64,000 nt of DNA, taken from NCBI GenBank assembly GCA_963674595.2, contig CAXXFV010000008.1:64001-128000 (forward strand), written 5' to 3'. A program made the position numbers and the translations under genes. The stretch's first letter is position 1; each line of letters begins with the position of its first letter. Of this stretch, positions 47,642 through 56,577 are shown piece after piece. This DNA comes from a bacterium. GTDB lineage: Bacteria; Zhuqueibacterota; Zhuqueibacteria; Residuimicrobiales; Krinioviventaceae. The notes beneath the pieces are model-generated. The model saw only the letters and a list, made by a program, of their open reading frames with translations, was not told the DNA's origin and made no database searches.

Positions 47642-48205
47642 ATGGCTTCAACATCCGATTTTCGGACAGGACTGATATTAATTATTGATAATGACCTTTT
47701 TTCAATTGTTGAATTTCAACATGTAAAAATGGGACGGGGCGGCGCTTTTGTTCGTACCAAATTGAAAAATGTAAAAACCGGGCGAGTGGTTGAAAAGACA
47801 TTTCGTGGTGGCGAAAAAGTCCAGGACGCACGTGTGGAACGTCGTCCGATGCAATTTCTTTATAAAGAAGGTGAATATTTTGTTTTAATGGATAGTGAAT
47901 CCTATGAACAAATGTCAATTCCTCAGGATTTGATACAATCCGGTTCCGAATTTTTAAAAGAGAGCGAAATAGTTGGTGTGCTCATGCATGGTGATACACC
48001 TATTGGTGTTGAAATGCCGAATTTTGTTAATTTACAAATTACTTCAACCGAACCAGGGTTAAAGGGTGATACGGTTTCCGGTTCTACAAAACCTGCTGTA
48101 TTGGAAACCGGTGGTGTTGTCCAGGTCCCACTTTTCATCGAAGAAGGAGAGATTATTCGTGTTGACACAAGGACTTCTACATATATAGAACGTGTCAAAG
48201 AATAA
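47642..48205 (+). CDS. efp: Elongation factor P (Arg32 type)
   Basis: Motifs FQHVKMGRGGAFVRTKLKN, EPGLKGDT, KPAVLETG and VPLFI. Confidence 0.96.
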   Translation: MASTSDFRTGLILIIDNDLFSIVEFQHVKMGRGGAFVRTKLKNVKTGRVVEKTFRGGEKVQDARVERRPMQFLYKEGEYFVLMDSESYEQMSIPQDLIQSGSEFLKESEIVGVLMHGDTPIGVEMPNFVNLQITSTEPGLKGDTVSGSTKPAVLETGGVVQVPLFIEEGEIIRVDTRTSTYIERVKE

Positions 48206-48262
48206 GTGATTGGATTTTTCTAAACCAACAGCCCTTTATTTATGAACTGATAAGGAGAAAGT

Positions 48263-48733
48263 ATGCGGGCAAAAAAAATTCAGGAACTCGTTAAAATTGT
48301 CGAAGAAAGTAATATCGGCGAATTGGAAATTACAAAATGGTGGGGACGTAAAATCAGGATCAGTAAAAGTTCATCGCCATCTCATGCTTCTTCACATATT
48401 ATGGTGCAAGCTCCACACGCGACTGAACAACAGGCTCAAAAACCCGCAGAGGTTGCTCCTGTTGCCAAACCAGAAGAAGCACCAAAAAATAATTATGTTG
48501 AGATAAAATCACCAATGGTCGGCACATTTTACCGAGCCCCTGCTCCGGATGCAGAACCTTATGTAAAAGAAGGTGACAAGATTTCTCCCGGAAAAGTAAT
48601 GTGTATTATTGAAGCTATGAAACTGATGAATGAAATTGAAGCTGAAGTGAACGGCAAGATTGTTAAAATCGTTGCTGAAAATGCACAACCGGTAGAATTT
48701 AATCAAACACTTTTCTTGGTCGAACCTGCATAA
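48263..48733 (+). CDS. accB: Acetyl-CoA carboxylase biotin carboxyl carrier protein
   Basis: SPMVGTFY and the biotin-lysine motif EAMKLMNEI. Confidence 0.95.
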   Translation: MRAKKIQELVKIVEESNIGELEITKWWGRKIRISKSSSPSHASSHIMVQAPHATEQQAQKPAEVAPVAKPEEAPKNNYVEIKSPMVGTFYRAPAPDAEPYVKEGDKISPGKVMCIIEAMKLMNEIEAEVNGKIVKIVAENAQPVEFNQTLFLVEPA

Positions 48734-48753
48734 AAAGGACTGATTTAATATAT

Positions 48754-50112
48754 ATGAAATTATTTAAAAAGATATTGATTGCCAATCGAGGTGAAATCGC
48801 TTTAAGAATAATTCGTGCCTGTAAAGAACTTGATATTGAAACAGTTGCCGTCTATAGTGAACCGGATGCTGACAGTTTACATGTGCGTTTTGCCGACGAA
48901 GCTGTTTGTATTGGTCCGGGACCCAGTCATCAAAGTTATTTGAATATTCCGCATTTGATAAGCGCTGCTGAAATTACAAATGCCGACGCTATCCATCCCG
49001 GCTATGGTTTTTTAGCTGAAAGCGCTCATTTTGCTGAAATATGTCATTCTTGTCATATACACTTTATCGGCCCCTCTGCCGAAGTCATTACACGTATGGG
49101 TGATAAAGCTTATGCCAAAGATACAATGAAAAAAGCCGGTGTTCCGGTTATTCCCGGTTCCGAGGGCATTCTTAAAGATGCAGAGCAGGCTGTTTTGTTG
49201 GCCGAAGAAATAGGATATCCCGTTATTATTAAGGCCTCTGCCGGTGGCGGCGGAAGAGGAATGCGGGTTGTGCGCAGCAAGGAGAATATGGAAAATGCTT
49301 TTAAAACAGCCAGTGCAGAATCTCAGGCTGCCTTTAATAATCCGGCTCTTTATATGGAAAAGTTCTTTGAAAGTCCGCGCCATATTGAACTTCAGCTCCT
49401 TGGTGATGATCATGGGAATGTTGTTTCTTTGGGAGAAAGAGAATGTTCAATCCAGAGGAAACATCAAAAATTAATCGAAGAATCGCCATCACCGGTGATA
49501 ACCGACAAGATTCGTGAAGAAATGAATGCTGTTGCCGTAAAAGGCGCTAAGCAAGTAAATTATAACAGTGCCGGTACCATCGAGTTTTTATTTGATAAGG
49601 GACAATTTTATTTTATGGAAATGAATACCCGAATTCAGGTAGAACACCCGGTGACAGAATCTGTTATTGGAATTGATCTGATCAAGGAACAGATACTTGT
49701 TGCTTGTGGTCATAAAATTTCTGAAAAAATTAAAGATTTTAAGTTACGCGGTCATTCTATCGAGTGCCGTATTAACGCAGAAGATCCGTTTAAGGATTTT
49801 CGTCCGTCACCCGGGAAAATTGTAAATTTTCATACTCCGGGCGGCCTGGGAGTACGTGTTGACACCCATGCGTATGACCAATACCAAATACCGCCGTACT
49901 ATGACTCTCTCATTGCTAAATTGATTACACATGGAAGAGATCGGGAAGAAGCAATTCGGAGAATGTTAAGATCATTGGATGAATTTGTTATCGAAGGTAT
50001 TGCTACAACAATTCCTTTGCATAAAAAGATTTTAAACCATGAAAAATTTAGAAGCGGTGATTTTAATACCAAATTTTTAGAAGATTTTGACTTTTCAAAA
50101 ATGGGAGAATAA
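48754..50112 (+). CDS. accC: Acetyl-CoA carboxylase biotin carboxylase
   Basis: Motifs [25 protein letters not shown] and [14 protein letters not shown]. Confidence 0.96.
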   Translation: MKLFKKILIANRGEIALRIIRACKELDIETVAVYSEPDADSLHVRFADEAVCIGPGPSHQSYLNIPHLISAAEITNADAIHPGYGFLAESAHFAEICHSCHIHFIGPSAEVITRMGDKAYAKDTMKKAGVPVIPGSEGILKDAEQAVLLAEEIGYPVIIKASAGGGGRGMRVVRSKENMENAFKTASAESQAAFNNPALYMEKFFESPRHIELQLLGDDHGNVVSLGERECSIQRKHQKLIEESPSPVITDKIREEMNAVAVKGAKQVNYNSAGTIEFLFDKGQFYFMEMNTRIQVEHPVTESVIGIDLIKEQILVACGHKISEKIKDFKLRGHSIECRINAEDPFKDFRPSPGKIVNFHTPGGLGVRVDTHAYDQYQIPPYYDSLIAKLITHGRDREEAIRRMLRSLDEFVIEGIATTIPLHKKILNHEKFRSGDFNTKFLEDFDFSKMGE

Positions 50113-50114
50113 TT

Positions 50115-50492
50115 ATGCAAATTCCAGCCAATCTAAAGTATACAAAAGAACACGAATGGATTTCAGTTGAAGATGAAATTGCCACAGTCGGCATAACCGA
50201 TTATGCCCAGGGAGAACTGGGTGATTTGGTTTTTGTTGAATTACCGGAAACCGGTTCAACTGTTACCCAAATGGAAGCCTTTGGAACCATTGAAGCTGTT
50301 AAAGCTGTTTCTGATCTTTTTGCTCCTGTTTCCGGCGAGGTCGTGGAAGTTAATGAACAACTAAACGATACACCGGAAATTGTTAACAAAGACCCTTATG
50401 GTGAGGGTTGGATGATCAAGATAAAACTTGATAATCCGGATGAACTTGCAGAACTTTTGGATTCTGAAAGTTATAAAAAATTAATTTCCTAG
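50115..50492 (+). CDS. gcvH: Glycine cleavage system H protein
   Basis: Motifs YTKEHEW, GITDYAQ, the lipoyl motif EAVKAVS and DPYGEGW. Confidence 0.96.
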   Translation: MQIPANLKYTKEHEWISVEDEIATVGITDYAQGELGDLVFVELPETGSTVTQMEAFGTIEAVKAVSDLFAPVSGEVVEVNEQLNDTPEIVNKDPYGEGWMIKIKLDNPDELAELLDSESYKKLIS

Positions 50493-50508
50493 AGTTGGAG
50501 ACATAATA

Positions 50509-51852
50509 ATGACCTTTGTCCCACATACCGAAGCAGATAAAAACAAAATGCTTCAAAAAATCGGTGTAGAAAAGTTCGAAGACCTGTTGGAAAATATTTC
50601 TTCTGAATTATTGTACAATGGAGAATTGAACCTGCCGCCGGCAATGTCTGAAATGGAAGTGATGTCACATCTGAGAGAACTCGCTGCTGAAAATCAAAAT
50701 TGTGCTGATAATATTTGTTTTCTCGGCGGTGGTGCCTATGATCATTTTATTCCAGCGGCTGTAAAGCATATAACATCCAGATCAGAATTTTACACTGCTT
50801 ATACACCTTATCAACCCGAGGTAAGTCAGGGAACCTTACAAGCTATTTATGAATACCAAACAATGATTTGCGAATTGACCGGTATGGACGCTGCCAACGC
50901 CTCCATGTATGATGGTGGGTCTGCTTTAGCTGAAGCCGCCTTATTGGCTTGCGGACATACAAGAAGGCAGGAAATCATTGTTTCTTCTACTGTCCATCCT
51001 AATTACCGGGACATCATCCGAACATATTGTGTCGGTCGTAATATTGTTATTCATGAAATACCATTTGATAATGGTACAACAGATTTGAACAAGCTCAAAG
51101 AGATGGTTTCGGAAAAAACGGCTGCTGTCATCATTCAACACCCCAACTTTTTAGGCTGTCTTGAAGAAATGGATGATATTTCAGAATTAGTGCATCAATA
51201 TGGTGCATTGCTGATTACATCGAACGACCCTATTTCTTTAGCACTGTTAAAAAGTCCGGGAGAGTATAATGCGGATATTGTAACAGCCGAGGGCCAGGGT
51301 TTGGGTAATCCTATGAATTTCGGTGGCCCCTACCTTGGAATTTTTGCTGTAAAAAAGGAATTAATCCGCAAAATGCCCGGCCGTATTGTGGGTCAAACCA
51401 AAGACCTTAATGGCAAACGTGGTTTTGTATTGACGTTGCAAACACGTGAACAGCATATTCGCCGGGACAAAGCAACATCAAATATCTGTACAAATCAGGG
51501 ACTTATGGCCCTGGCAGCTACTGTATATTTGTCCTTAATAGGTAAAAATGGATTGAAACATATTGCTGAAATGTGTTTACAGAAAAGTCATTATTTGGCT
51601 GAAAATATTAACAAAATTGATGGCTTTGGCATAAAATTTGAAAAACCTTTCTTTAAAGAGTTCGTAATACAAACGAGCGACCCGACAGATGACATAATTA
51701 CAAACCTGGAAAAACGTAAAATTTTTGCAGGAATACCTTTGGAAAAGTATTATAAAGGTTTAAAAAACAACTTTCTGTGTGCCGTTACAGAAAAACGCAC
51801 AAAGAAGGAACTTGACTTTTTTATACAATCATTAAAGGAACTTATTAACTAA
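50509..51852 (+). CDS. gcvPA: Glycine dehydrogenase (decarboxylating) subunit 1
   Basis: Motifs YTAYTPYQPEVSQG, NASMYDG and TREQHIRRDKATSNICTNQ. Confidence 0.96.
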   Translation: MTFVPHTEADKNKMLQKIGVEKFEDLLENISSELLYNGELNLPPAMSEMEVMSHLRELAAENQNCADNICFLGGGAYDHFIPAAVKHITSRSEFYTAYTPYQPEVSQGTLQAIYEYQTMICELTGMDAANASMYDGGSALAEAALLACGHTRRQEIIVSSTVHPNYRDIIRTYCVGRNIVIHEIPFDNGTTDLNKLKEMVSEKTAAVIIQHPNFLGCLEEMDDISELVHQYGALLITSNDPISLALLKSPGEYNADIVTAEGQGLGNPMNFGGPYLGIFAVKKELIRKMPGRIVGQTKDLNGKRGFVLTLQTREQHIRRDKATSNICTNQGLMALAATVYLSLIGKNGLKHIAEMCLQKSHYLAENINKIDGFGIKFEKPFFKEFVIQTSDPTDDIITNLEKRKIFAGIPLEKYYKGLKNNFLCAVTEKRTKKELDFFIQSLKELIN

Positions 51853-51869
51853 AAAGATAGTTATATTAT

Positions 51870-51902
51870 AGTCCACAATCCAAAGGTTGTGACTCATTTT
51901 TT
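51870..51902 (+). terminator. Probable terminator after gcvPA
   Basis: Imperfect hairpin AGTCCACAATCC-AAA-GGTTGTGACT followed by CATTTTTT. Confidence 0.5.
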
Positions 51903-51910
51903 AATAGGTG

Positions 51911-51970
51911 TGTCATTTTTGTCACATGTATGAAAAAGCGCTTGATTATTGTAAAATGAATTGGTACTTT
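51911..51970 (+). promoter_or_regulatory. CRP/FNR-like site plus sigma70 promoter upstream of porV
   Basis: TGTCA-N6-TCACA at 51911-51926 matches 9 of 10 positions of the CRP core TGTGA-N6-TCACA. TTGATT (51942)-N17-TACTTT (51965) with an extended -10 TG. Confidence 0.55.
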
Positions 51971-51976
51971 AGCAAG

Positions 51977-52180
51977 GTTTAACAGAAAATATTACACAGG
52001 AGTAAGCTTATAAAAGTTCGTTAAAGATTTAAAGCCGAATAGTACTTTTAACTGGTAATCGTAAAAATTATATTTTGAAATTTCTTTTTTCGAACTTTAT
52101 TAAGGACTCCTCAGATGATAACCCGAATGTCTGTGAGTCGCAATTTTAGTGATTTTGATTCAACATTCGGATTTTTTTTT
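51977..52180 (+). ncRNA. Structured 5' leader or small RNA upstream of porV, ending in an intrinsic terminator
   Basis: AGGAGT..CTTA..AAAGTTCG (51998-52020) pairs with CGAACTTT..TAAG.ACTCCT (52091-52111). Terminator stem CCGAATGT/ACATTCGG is followed by T9 at 52172-52180. Confidence 0.5.
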
Positions 52181-52228
52181 CTGTAAGGAGTTGCCTGAAG
52201 AGTTTGGCAATTATACAGGAGGTATACA

Positions 52229-53332
52229 ATGAAAAAATTATTAATTTCTGTTATAATGATAACAATGATGCTTGTTTCATTTACGCAGGTTTATGCAGTC
52301 AGTAATGCTGCGGTGCTCTTTTTAATGATTTCACCAGGAGCCCGAGCTGCAGGTATGGGTGAAGCATTTGTCGCGCTCGCCGATGATGCAACTGCAGTTT
52401 ACTGGAACCCGGCAGGATTGGCGTTTCAGGACCAGAGAGAAATATCATTGATGCATGCAAACTGGTTACCTCAGTTTGGTGCTGATTTGTTTTATGATTT
52501 TGGGTCCTATATTCATCCTGTTGAGGGTTTGGGAACTTTTGGTTTTAATGTTACCTATTTAAACCTTGGGGAACAGACAATCACAGATGAAACAGGCCCG
52601 GAAGCACTCGGTACGTTTAAAAGTTATGAATATGCCCTATCTGCCACATATGGAACATTACTAGCTGAAAACTGGGGTGTTGGCCTTGGATTGAGATATA
52701 TTCGTTCAAATTTGTCAAGTGTTGGTATCGGTACTGCTCAGGGTGACGGAAAAGCAAATGCCTTTGCATTTGATCTTTCCACATTGTACAAAACACCGTT
52801 TCTGCCTAATCTGAGTTTGGGCCTTAACTTGTCAAATATGGGTCCCAAGATTACATATATCGATGCTGCACAAGCTGATCCTTTACCGACAAATTTAAAA
52901 GTAGGTTTTGCTTATAAAATTGTAAATTCAAAATATAACAAACTTACTGTTACCGGCGATATGAACAAATTAATGGTAACACCGCATAAAGATGGACAGT
53001 CCGACCCATTTTATAAGGCACTTTTTACTTCGCCTTGGACGACTCCAGATTCTGAATTATCAACAGAAACAGATGAAGATGGTAATCAAATTAACAAACC
53101 CGGGAAAAAGATTTTTAACGGAACGTTGAGTGGAGGAGCTGAATATTGGTATAGCGATATGTTTGCTCTTCGTATTGGATACTATTGGGATAAACCAGGT
53201 AAAGTAAAATATACTTCTTTTGGTGCCGGTATCCAATATAGTCTCTATCGTTTTGATTTTGGCTATGTTTCAGCCGGAGAGGGACATCCCTTACAAGATA
53301 CCATGCGTTTTTCTTTGACAATTGGGTTATAA
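52229..53332 (+). CDS. porV: PorV-family outer-membrane beta-barrel
   Basis: Signal peptide. Motifs FLMISPGARAAGMGEA, DDATAVYWNPAGL, NLSNMGPKITY and DPLPTNLKVG. C-terminal RFSLTIGL strand. Confidence 0.88.
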   Translation: MKKLLISVIMITMMLVSFTQVYAVSNAAVLFLMISPGARAAGMGEAFVALADDATAVYWNPAGLAFQDQREISLMHANWLPQFGADLFYDFGSYIHPVEGLGTFGFNVTYLNLGEQTITDETGPEALGTFKSYEYALSATYGTLLAENWGVGLGLRYIRSNLSSVGIGTAQGDGKANAFAFDLSTLYKTPFLPNLSLGLNLSNMGPKITYIDAAQADPLPTNLKVGFAYKIVNSKYNKLTVTGDMNKLMVTPHKDGQSDPFYKALFTSPWTTPDSELSTETDEDGNQINKPGKKIFNGTLSGGAEYWYSDMFALRIGYYWDKPGKVKYTSFGAGIQYSLYRFDFGYVSAGEGHPLQDTMRFSLTIGL

Positions 53333-53343
53333 AAACCAAATTT

Positions 53344-53379
53344 TAACAGGCAATAAAATTGATTTTTTATTGCCTGTTA
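53344..53379 (+). terminator. Hairpin after porV (terminator or mRNA-stabilising element)
   Basis: Perfect 15-bp inverted repeat TAACAGGCAATAAAA/TTTTATTGCCTGTTA with a weak U-tract. Confidence 0.7.
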
Positions 53380-53426
53380 CATTTTAATTCATCTGTTGGA
53401 TTCATGTGTTCATTTTGGATTGATAC

Positions 53427-56400
53427 ATGCGAAAATTAGTATTACTAAGAATTTATGCTGTCCTGTTTGTATGTTTTGTACTAAAAGTTCAGATCAGCTA
53501 TTCCAAACCGACTATTCTGCCAAAAATGACAACGATTGATCCTTTAAATGTTGTCAGTACCTTTTCAGAAGGCGGATTCAAAGATATTTCAACTCCCGAT
53601 ACTCTTAAAATTATGGCTTTGAGAGCAGAGTTTGTTCAGGATGAATTAGCCACAACAACAGGTGATGGCAAGTTTGATTATTCTTCAGACAGTGATTATA
53701 TTATAGATCGTCCTCCTCACAATAAAGTTTATTTTCAAGATCAATTACTGGCTCTTTCTAATTATTTTAAGCATATTTCAAACGGAAAACTTGTTTTACA
53801 GGCTGATGTTTTTCCTGAAGCATCGGAGCAGGCTTATTTGTTAAATCAAAATATGGTCTATTATTCCGGTGAGGAAGATGAAGAACTTAAAAATACTAGA
53901 TGGTCTGAACTTGTGAGGGATGTTTGCGAAATTGCCAAAGAACAGGATGATCTTGATTTTGCGAAATATGATGTTTTTGTTGTTTTTCACGCCGGTATAG
54001 GAAGCGATTTTGCTTTTGACTTTGATCCCACTCCCTATGACATCCAGTCTGTTTTTCTCGATTTTCAAACTTTAAAAGAAACTTTGGGCCAAAATCAGAA
54101 TGATTACAATGGCATTGACCTTGGCTCCGGAGTCTTTGTCCGCGAGGCAATAATTCTTCCTGAAATGCAAAATCAGGAAGAATATGATCTTGGATTGCTG
54201 GGCACAATGACACTGTTAATGGGAAGTCAGCTTGGCATGCCCAATCTTTTTAATACTGAAAACGGACGTGCCGGTATCGGCCGGTGGGGACTTATGGACC
54301 AGGGTTCCTATAATTTTCAGGGACTTGTTCCGGCAGAACCCTGCGCCTGGATGAAGCTGTATATGGGATGGGATACAGCCGTAACTGTTAGCAATGGTGA
54401 ATTGAGTGTCGGCAGCAATGTCACAACATCTGCACCGCACATTTTGAAAATACCCATAACATCTGATGAATATTTTTTAATTGAAAACAGACAAAAAGAC
54501 AGTAATGGTGATGGCGTTGCTTTTGGCCGTGACCAGGCCGGAAATCGTGCACAGTTTGATACGACGGGAAATATTTTAATTGAACCAAACCTAGGTGTTA
54601 TTACGTCAGTCGATGAGTATGATTTTGGTTTGCCGGGTTCAGGTATTCTTATTTGGCATATTGATGAATCTGTTATCCGGCAGAATCTTGAAGCAAATAC
54701 GATAAATAATGATATTAATCACCGCGGTGTTGACCTGGTTGAATGTGATGGCGCCCAGGACATCGGGTATTATTACTCTATGCTGGACGCTGCCTATGGC
54801 ACTGAAAGCGGAGATTATTTTGATCCATATTGGTCAGGGAATTTTTTCTCATACAATCGTTAACGAATCTGAAACGGTGGCGTTTTCTTCCCAGACAATA
54901 CCCAATAGCCGCGCTTATAACGGTTCAGATACCCATATTCGTATTGAAAATTTTAGCGCCAGGGATTCGGTGATGAGTTTTTCACTTTCATCGGATTGGG
55001 CACAAAATGGGTTCCCGCAATACGCAGGAAAAAAGATTTGTCAGGGCGGTTTAAAAATTGCTAAAATGGGCCAGGAATCGGTTATAATTGCCGTTACTGT
55101 TGATGGAAATATACTCGGCTGGACAGCTACCGGTGAAAAGATCATTCCCAATGATTCTCAAATTTCAGTTGATAATATCAACAATCAATCAGAAAATTAT
55201 GACTGGGCTTTATTAAATACCTGTTCCGATTCCATTCTCGTTGCTCCTGTTATTGTCGATTTGGATAGTGATGGGACCGATGAAGTTATTGTTGTTACAA
55301 AATCCGGAACCTTGACAGCATTTCAACTTTTAGACGCAGATAGTGACGGGCGTGCTGATATTGTTTTTGAAAAGGCCCTGGAAATAAACCCGTCTGTTCA
55401 TCCAATGGTTTTACAATCTAATGAGAATACTAACGTTGTAATCGGTGCCAATGACGGTTCTGTACACGTTGTTTCCATAAATTTAGACCTTGAACCTGTT
55501 GTTAATAGTTTTTCTGTTGCACAAACAAACATTTCCGGACTGGCTGCAACGGTTGATGAATCCGCTTTTGTTACGGCTTCAGCTTCGGGTGATATTTCAA
55601 GTTATTTATTGGACGGTACTTTATTATGGAATCGTCAAGTATTGGGCAATGGTTCGGATTTTAATATTTGTTCTGTTCAGCTTTATTCAAAAAATCAGGT
55701 GTACTATATTTTCTCCAATACGGGTGAATTTTACATATTAAACTCTTTTGGTGAAATAATTCAAAACAAGGCAAATTTAAATATTGAAGCCGGAATTCCT
55801 GCTCTTGGTGATGTTAATAAGGACGGGTATCCTGAGGTTTTGTTTAATACTAAAGGCCAACTTTGGGCCGTGTCAAATACCGGGATAACGTCTGCAAATT
55901 TCCCTGTCGATATTGATGAAGCGGTGGAACAATTTGCGGTACCGCCCTTGTTTATGCATGGTAAAAATAAAATTGCTTCAATTTGTTTTGCCGCCAACAG
56001 CAGCGGTCAAATAACCGCTGTTGATCAGGACGCCCGAAAATGTGATGGGTTCCCGTTAAGTGTTGGGCAGCAAATAAACGCCTCTCCATTGGTTGCGGAT
56101 ATTGATAAAGACGGAGATGTTGAGCTGGTTGCCATATCACAGGACGGATTTTTGTATTTATGGGACCTGGATTATTCAGCAGATGATTACGACATGATCT
56201 GGCCGCAATTTGGCGGGCGAACAGGACGTAATTTGTTCAACTATAAAAGCGATCTTGAACCTGTTGGTCAGGATAAAACAGGTGGTTTGCTGCCGTCTGA
56301 AAGTACGTTTTGCTACCCCAATCCTGCGGAAAACAATCGTACAAATATTCGTTATCTTTTAACATCCGATGCTGTTCGGGTGACTATAAAAATTTACGAT

Positions 56401-56571
56401 CTTGCCGGTGATCTGGTTAAAGAAATTGAGGCATCCGGAATAACTGCCGGAGAGCACGATGTTACATGGGATGTATCAGACATTCAAAGTGGTGCTTATA
56501 TCGCCAAAGTTGAAGCAGAAAATGAATCTGAAAAAAGTTATAAAATTATAAAAATCGCGGTGGTCAAGTAA
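53427..56571 (+). CDS. M6 (immune inhibitor A)-like pseudoprotease with FG-GAP-like repeats and T9SS-type C-terminal sorting domain, 1-nt frameshift at 54842-54847
   Basis: M6 landmarks VFHAG, LGMPNL, WGLMDQGS, CAWMKLYMGW, EYFLIENRQ and GILIWHIDE. Repeats DLDSDGTDE, GDVNKDGYPE and ADIDKDGDVE. CTD CYPNP...IYDLAG...SGAYI...KIAVVK. Removing one T joins both ORFs into about 1047 aa. Confidence 0.8.
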
Positions 56572-56577
56572 CAATAT

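Noticed and set aside
51977-52180. 6S RNA or a known riboswitch class
   Set aside because: The length is similar to 6S, but I could not see 6S-type conserved motifs or its usual gene context, nor c-di-GMP, glycine or TPP aptamer signatures. Kept as an unknown leader instead.
54835-54863. Two separate genes (53427..54863 and 54709..56571)
   Set aside because: An extra T in a T6 run explains the break, and the second ORF has no signal peptide or credible start. Treated as one gene.
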